A stretch of 63,987 nucleotides of DNA, counting the filler, from Basidiobolus ranarum (taxonomy: Eukaryota), in the NCBI GenBank assembly GCA_040143965.1. It is 46 parts of 46 records of this genome, joined end to end, with 100 filler letters (N's around TTAATTAATTAA, not from the genome) between each part and the next. Parts side by side here need not be neighbours in the genome. Positions count along the whole stretch, not along the records: positions 61,313 to 62,600 come from JASJQH010012557.1; positions 62,701 to 63,987 come from JASJQH010012558.1; 44 more parts are not named here. The stretch is one strand, 5' to 3'. Numbering within the stretch: the first letter of the stretch is position 1; every line of letters starts with the position of its first letter. The position numbers and the translations under genes were made by a program. Below, piece by piece: positions 61,313 to 63,987 of this stretch. Below the pieces are notes generated by a model. The model ran no database searches. It had not been told where the DNA came from and was given only the letters and a program-made list of their open reading frames with translations.

Positions 61313-61876
61313 GAAGGGAAAAACGCAGTGCAAGTATGCAGAAAGTGGCTTCAGAAGAAGAACATTCAACTTGACATTCAGTCTGGTGTTGACCATGCAG
61401 ATATCTGGGAAGAACTTAATACAGAGTGGCACAATATTGCAGGGTATCCGCCAGATAGCTGGAAGAATGTTGATTCAGCAACGTTAATACAATGGTGGGC
61501 TTTGATGGAGATATTGACACAAACTTGTGTTGGGTATGAGCTAAACCTTGGGTATGAAGAACTCTATAAAAATATTCAGGAGAATATATCAAAGAGACTA
61601 GGGATTTCAAAGGTGACAAATTAGCGTTCAAGTGGTAATTGTGTAAAATTTGAGTTACGTTTTTTGCACATGTGTTGATCCATAGTTTTCTGAGATTTTA
61701 GCCAATCATTCACAACTATTTTGCGAGATCTTGAAATTTCACTCCTGAAACTGAAAAAATTGATTAAAATCAAATCTAACTTGACAATTTTATGATGGTA
61801 AGTAAACAGGCAATCCCAAATGGATTAAAATTGTGACGGTTTTCCTACAATAACAATCCTCAAATTTCTGTTAGGG
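61313..61876 (+). mobile_element. CMC ORF2 C-terminus (stop 61624) plus terminus A
   Basis: Open frame to ..KRLGISKVTN*; CAAATTTCTGTTAGGG. Confidence 0.9.
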
Positions 61877-62600
61877 TCAGTGTATCTTCTTTACACCTGT
61901 AATAAAGTTTTTCATATCCAATTACAAAATCTTTGCACAGTTGCTGTTTCTGCCTGAGATCTGCCAATGTGAGTTGATGCTGTAAGAATATATTAACAAT
62001 ATCCACAAAGAACTCCCAATGTTGCCAATACTTATGAGGGAGAAATCTTTTCAAAATTCTACTTGAATATATACAAATCCAATACCTCCAGCCTTTACAT
62101 TGGAATAAATGCCTAGATGAGTGGATATTGATGGGAGTCCTAGTAAAATATGATGGTATCTTGATGTTTTCAAGCATTTTCCCAATAGATTCAAACTTTG
62201 ATCCTATCTCAAATGGCTCATTAATATTGAATTTTTGACTCTATAGCTGAGTAAGTAGTATTAGAATATTGTTGAATAGTAAGTGCACAGTGCCTGATGG
62301 GAAGCTCGGGCTCCAGCTGATCCCCATTAGCAATAAAATCTTAGGCTTACGGCTAATACCAAGTTTGATGTTAGACTGACCATTTGGTGAACTCATATTA
62401 GTGATCATGTTGAAATCTTACTGGGCTCTCAACAGTAAAATCATGAAGTTCAGTGTTGTATTTGGATAGTAGTAATGCATATGCCTGTGAGAGTAAACTC
62501 CATTGATTTGACAAAATCTACAGCAAGATAGTGCATTGTGCCCACAAAAACCTCCAAGTTTACTGATGGCAGGAGTGTCACCAATACATACAATGATATT
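61877..62600 (-). pseudogene. CMC transposase core interrupted by terminus A
   Basis: GDTPA, CCRFC, YWQHWEFFVD and GYEKLYY. Confidence 0.9.
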
Positions 62601-62700
62601 NNNNNNNNNNNNNNNNNNNNNNNNNNNNNNNNNNNNNNNNNNNNTTAATTAATTAANNNNNNNNNNNNNNNNNNNNNNNNNNNNNNNNNNNNNNNNNNNN

Positions 62701-63987
62701 CTCAGAAGGATGAAGAATCTTTGCCTGTGGATCTAGGAACAGTGATCTAACCAGGAGAGTGAGAGAGACAGTAACCAAGAAATATGCATTTTCTGCTTTT
62801 GGGTTCCAATTTTGAGCGTTTTTGAGCTGGCATTAGACACTATGCTGTGCAATCAAAGATCCTGAGATGATCCACACTTGGTTTTGATCCATATAGGGCT
62901 TCAAATGGAGTAGAATTTTGTAGCAATCTTGTTGGGCATATGTTTTTGATATAGACTGCAGTGGAGACAGATTCAGCCCAATATTGGTAATCTAACTTTT
63001 GATCATGTAACATTGATCTTGCCATCTCCACTATGGTTCTATTAGCACATTCTGCAACTCCATTTTGCTGTGGAGTATAAGGTACAGTAGTTTGTTGCTT
63101 GATTCCATGTTTAGAGCAAAAACTAGTAAAGCCTTTAGTGCAGAATACTCCACAATTACCACTCCTTAGCACCCTTATTTTTTGTGCTGATTCTTTCTCT
63201 ACCAATGCTTTGTAGTGCTTGAACATAACTAAAGCTCCAGATTTTGCTTTGAGAAAGAATACCCAAGTATATCTTGTTTTGTCATCAACAAAGGTCATAG
63301 TCAGGGAATAATTCTGAGTGGATTTGATCTTTCCAGAGCTTGAAAACAGCTGTCTGTGATGCTTACCATATATGCAACCTTCACACAGATCCAATTTAGT
63401 GATATTCCAATTTCTAAGCCTGAAACAAGCTGAATATGAATTATTTGGGTCAGTTTCTGTTCCCCAATATGGCCTATTCTTCTATGCCATGTTTGGCAAC
63501 TTATTTCACCAGTTTTGGCCAAGTTTGCATGCTCAGAATGCAATTTGTTGATTTCTAGCTTGTATAAGCTTTGAGTTCTGATCCCAGTAGCTAATTTGGT
63601 ATTTTTCTGACCTGTGATAGTGCATTCTGCCTTACTGAACATGAAATTCTATCCTTGAGTTGTTGATTGGCTTACTGCAAATAGATTCTTGGCTATATTT
63701 GGTACATAGAGTACATCATCCAATTTTGCAGATAGTGTAGCTGAAGTTTGGTCTAAATTGAGTACAACTGCACCCTTACCAACTGCATCTAGTGCAAAGT
63801 CATCACCTAAGTAAACTTTCCTTGTTTGGATTGTTTTTAAGTTGGAAAACCAATCTTTCCTGTTTGACATATGCCAGGAAGCTCCTGAATCAATGTACCA
63901 TGCTTCTGAGTCTTCTTTAGTGGTTACTGATAGGGCAGACACAAATAGATGATCTCTGACAGTGCTTACTTGATTTGCTTTTTCCAA
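62701..63987 (-). pseudogene. Copia family D protease, GAG-pre-integrase and integrase
   Basis: WYIDSGASWHM, WHRRIGH, CEGC and PYTPQQNGVAE. Confidence 0.93.

Noticed and set aside
61871-61876. TTAGGG occurrences as telomeres
   Set aside because: Always single hexamers at transposon termini; no tandem arrays.
1-63987. Gene clustering or synteny across contigs
   Set aside because: Contig order reflects length only; only within-contig adjacency was used.

Overview
This is not one locus. It is an artificial concatenation of 46 unplaced contigs sorted by length (1299 down to 1287 bp). Each is joined by a 100-bp spacer (N44-TTAATTAATTAA-N44), so adjacency across gaps means nothing. The DNA is from an AT-rich eukaryote with short (56-70 nt) GT-AG introns, most likely a fungus; an early-diverging lineage is my inference. 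About 40 contigs are degenerate, nested transposon debris of four kinds. (i) A high-copy CMC (CACTA/En-Spm, tnp2-type) DNA transposon, which I reconstruct by overlapping copies as ~4.5 kb. It has termini CCCTAACARAAAT, ACCGTCA subterminal repeats, a ~900-aa DDE transposase and a divergently transcribed ~360-aa orphan ORF2. (ii) Several Ty1/copia families; three LTR families (B, C, D) carry the half-tRNAiMet Hemivirus-type PBS GGTTATGAGCCCC. (iii) At least three Ty3/gypsy families, including a chromovirus with a -1 frameshift signal and predicted pseudoknot. (iv) A probable LINE 3' end. The repeats show pervasive CpG->TpG/CpA decay, while host-gene contigs keep CpG. Host gene fragments: RPS27, PAN1, BUD23, an epsinR/Ent3-like 3' end, two tandem sugar porters and a GGWNGG-repeat protein C-terminus. 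There is also one atypical tRNA-like cloverleaf. The best candidate for an undescribed system is the bidirectional two-gene CMC element with its orphan ORF2; its novelty cannot be established without database searches.
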